Shown here: positions 62,314 to 64,000 of the stretch, piece by piece
Numbering within the stretch: the first letter of the stretch is position 1
Layout: each line of letters opens with the position of its first letter
DNA from: Flavobacteriales bacterium
GTDB taxonomy: Bacteria; Bacteroidota; Bacteroidia; Flavobacteriales_F; PHOS-HE28
Length of the DNA stretch: 64,000 bases
Reading direction: 5' to 3'
NCBI GenBank assembly: GCA_018057455.1
Contig: JAGPDT010000001.1
Location: 55,956 to 119,955 of the forward strand
The notes under the pieces: generated by a model
The model's database searches: none
What the model saw: the letters and a program-made list of their open reading frames with translations, nothing else
What the model was told of the DNA's origin: nothing
Program-made: the position numbers and the translations under genes

Positions 62314-63213
62314 ATGGGCGTGCATCCCTACCTTGCACCCGTGCGCTGGCCGGTCTTCCTTCCCCTCTTGTTCCCTGCCTTGGCCTGGGGGCAAGCTCCT
62401 GCTCCCGGGTTGCTGTGGAAAGTGAGCGGCCATGGGCTGGAACGCCCCAGTTTCGTGGTGGGCACGGTACACAGCCGCGATGCCCGGGCCTACGGCCAAG
62501 TACCGCAGCTGTTGGCCATCATCCAAGGGCAGGATGCGGTGGCCGGTGAGCTGGACCTCACGGCCGGGCCCGCTACCAGCCGGGTCATGGCCGAGGCCAT
62601 CCTGATGCCGCCGGGCACGGAACTGGCCGACCTTCTTCCGTCGGCGAAGCTCAAGCGGGTGCGCAAGGCCATGGATGCGGAGCTGGGCCCCATGGCCCTG
62701 TTGGCGGGCCGGATGAAACCGTTCTTCGTGGCCGCGTTCCTGGGCGAGAAGTCCATGGGGGCCGACAGCGCCTTGGTGCTGGACCACTACCTGCAGGTGA
62801 AAGCCAAGGAACTGGGCAAGTCCGTGGTAGGTGTGGAAACCGTGGAGGAACAGATCGCCGCCGTGGACCGGATCCCTTTGCAGGAACAGGCCGACATGCT
62901 GTACCAATTGGTGCGCAAGGATGTCGACGGCAAGGACCTGGACCGGCTGCTGCAAGCCTACGCGGCCCAGGACCTGGGCCGGTTGGCGGAGCTGGTGGCC
63001 AAGGGCGTGCCTTCCGGGGCCATGGGGCGGCAATTGCTGCTGGACCGCAACGGGTTGATGGCCGCACGCATGGACAGTCTCCTGCAGGCCGGCAGCACCT
63101 ATTTGTTCGCCTTCGGGGCGGCCCATTTGCCGGGCGGCCAAGGGGTGCTGGAACTGTTGCGGGGCCAGGGCTACTCCGTGGAAGCGGTGGGGCAGGCCGC
63201 GGAGCGGCCTTAA
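62314..63213 (+). CDS. TraB/GumN-family protein
   Basis: The signal peptide MGVHPYLAPVRWPVFLPLLFPALAWGQ begins at internal M31. The family motif LWKVSGHGLERPSFVVGTVHS is present. Confidence 0.7.
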   Translation: MGVHPYLAPVRWPVFLPLLFPALAWGQAPAPGLLWKVSGHGLERPSFVVGTVHSRDARAYGQVPQLLAIIQGQDAVAGELDLTAGPATSRVMAEAILMPPGTELADLLPSAKLKRVRKAMDAELGPMALLAGRMKPFFVAAFLGEKSMGADSALVLDHYLQVKAKELGKSVVGVETVEEQIAAVDRIPLQEQADMLYQLVRKDVDGKDLDRLLQAYAAQDLGRLAELVAKGVPSGAMGRQLLLDRNGLMAARMDSLLQAGSTYLFAFGAAHLPGGQGVLELLRGQGYSVEAVGQAAERP

Positions 63214-64000
63214 GGGGCCAGGGCGGCCTGTTGGCCGATCAGCCCCAAGTGGCAGGTGATGGCGTGGTGGTCGCTGAGCTCATCGGGCAGGGTGCGGTAC
63301 CCCCACGACCGGAATGCGGGGCCATGCAGGATGTGGTCTATGCGGAAGCTGGGCGCATCGCCGATATAGGTGTGCCCGAATCCCTTCCCGCTTTCCACGA
63401 AGGCATCGCTGAGGCCGGCCCGCAACAGGGCATGGTGGCTGTAGCTCATGGGCGTGTCGTTGAGGTCGCCGCAGTATACCACGGGCCACGGGCTGGTGGC
63501 CATGTGCGCGGTGATGGTGGCCACCTCGGCCGAGCGCCGTATGAATGCATCCTTCATGCGCCCCACGATGCGCCCACCGGCGCGCGAGATGGAATCCATG
63601 CCCATGCTTTGGTCCAGGTCGCGCATGAAGGTGTAGTCCTTGTCGCCGAAACGCAGGCTGGCCAAATGTGCGGTGTACACGCGGATGGTGTCCGCGCCCA
63701 CGGCGATATCGGCCCACAGGCAGAGGTTGTTCAGCTCATCGGGGAAGTGGAGCGTGCCTTGTGCCAGGATGGGCCAGGTGCTGAAGATGGCGATGCCAAT
63801 GGAATGCCCGCCCCGGGCCTGCACGGTGTAGGCATCGGCGCAATGGGTGTAGCGGTAGTTGGTGAGCAGGCTGTCCTTCACCATCAAGGGGTTGCCGGGG
63901 TCCACGTTGAGGAACTCCTGCAGGCACAGGATGTCGGGGTCTTCCACGCGGATCAGCTCCATCATCTCATCGCGCGTTTGCTGGTTGTGCGTCCAGTTGT
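63210..64000 (-). CDS. Endonuclease/exonuclease/phosphatase (EEP) family protein; the 5' end probably lies outside the window
   Basis: EEP motifs ILCLQE, …YTAHL…, …VYCGDLN… and …SDHHAI… are present. The ORF runs to the window edge. Confidence 0.75.
   Translation of the reverse strand, partial: NWTHNQQTRDEMMELIRVEDPDILCLQEFLNVDPGNPLMVKDSLLTNYRYTHCADAYTVQARGGHSIGIAIFSTWPILAQGTLHFPDELNNLCLWADIAVGADTIRVYTAHLASLRFGDKDYTFMRDLDQSMGMDSISRAGGRIVGRMKDAFIRRSAEVATITAHMATSPWPVVYCGDLNDTPMSYSHHALLRAGLSDAFVESGKGFGHTYIGDAPSFRIDHILHGPAFRSWGYRTLPDELSDHHAITCHLGLIGQQAALAP

Overview
This window is a high-GC (roughly 65%) chromosomal segment that looks like it comes from a member of the Bacteroidota. The supporting evidence is several type IX secretion (T9SS) C-terminal sorting domains, a PorP/SprF gene, a possible PorT-like outer-membrane protein placed after ubiE, the long-form Lgt, and a fasciclin lipoprotein. 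Coordinates follow the supplied ORF track; my own base counting from the printed sequence disagreed with it by one base in a few places, so I took start sites from amino-acid offsets within the track ORFs.

Main contents from left to right:
1. A respiratory nitrate reductase operon, narG (3' part) through narH, narJ, narI, a hemerythrin-like gene, moaA and a Crp/Fnr regulator (1-7671, + strand).
2. A run of minus-strand housekeeping and secretion genes (7.7-20.4 kb): an FAD oxidoreductase, a low-GC two-gene T9SS cargo unit, a possible PorT-like outer-membrane protein, ubiE, a heptose kinase, an aminotransferase, a 780-aa hypothetical and meaB.
3. A cluster of GNAT and AhpD-like genes with a PIN-domain two-gene module (20.4-26.6 kb).
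4. A fused E1 alpha/beta dehydrogenase.
5. A complete clade-II (Sec-type) nitrous oxide reductase cluster: cyt c, an opposite-strand NnrS-like gene, cyt c, then nosZ-nosB-nosL-nosD-nosF-nosY (29.2-37.7 kb).
6. A B12-dependent class II ribonucleotide reductase (nrdJ).
7. A 1181-aa T9SS type-B cargo protein with SprB repeats, coupled to PorP/SprF.
8. A compositionally distinct, lower-GC islet of about 6 kb (46.5-52.4 kb) carrying an HsdR N-terminal remnant, a frameshifted FRG-domain gene, a 1091-aa GHKL-ATPase fused to a PD-(D/E)xK nuclease (NO VEIN-like), and a DUF234-type ATPase. It is bounded by an AT-rich palindromic junction and followed by a stretch of degraded gene fragments.
9. guaB, lgt, mtaB, an inositol monophosphatase (suhB-like) and other housekeeping genes to the end of the window.

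I saw no rRNA, tRNA or CRISPR arrays. The long ORFs lying antisense to real genes are treated as GC-driven artefacts. The best candidate for something new is the islet at 46.5-52.4 kb, above all the GHKL-nuclease protein. The PIN module with its unusually large partner gene and two structured inverted-repeat elements are also worth a look.
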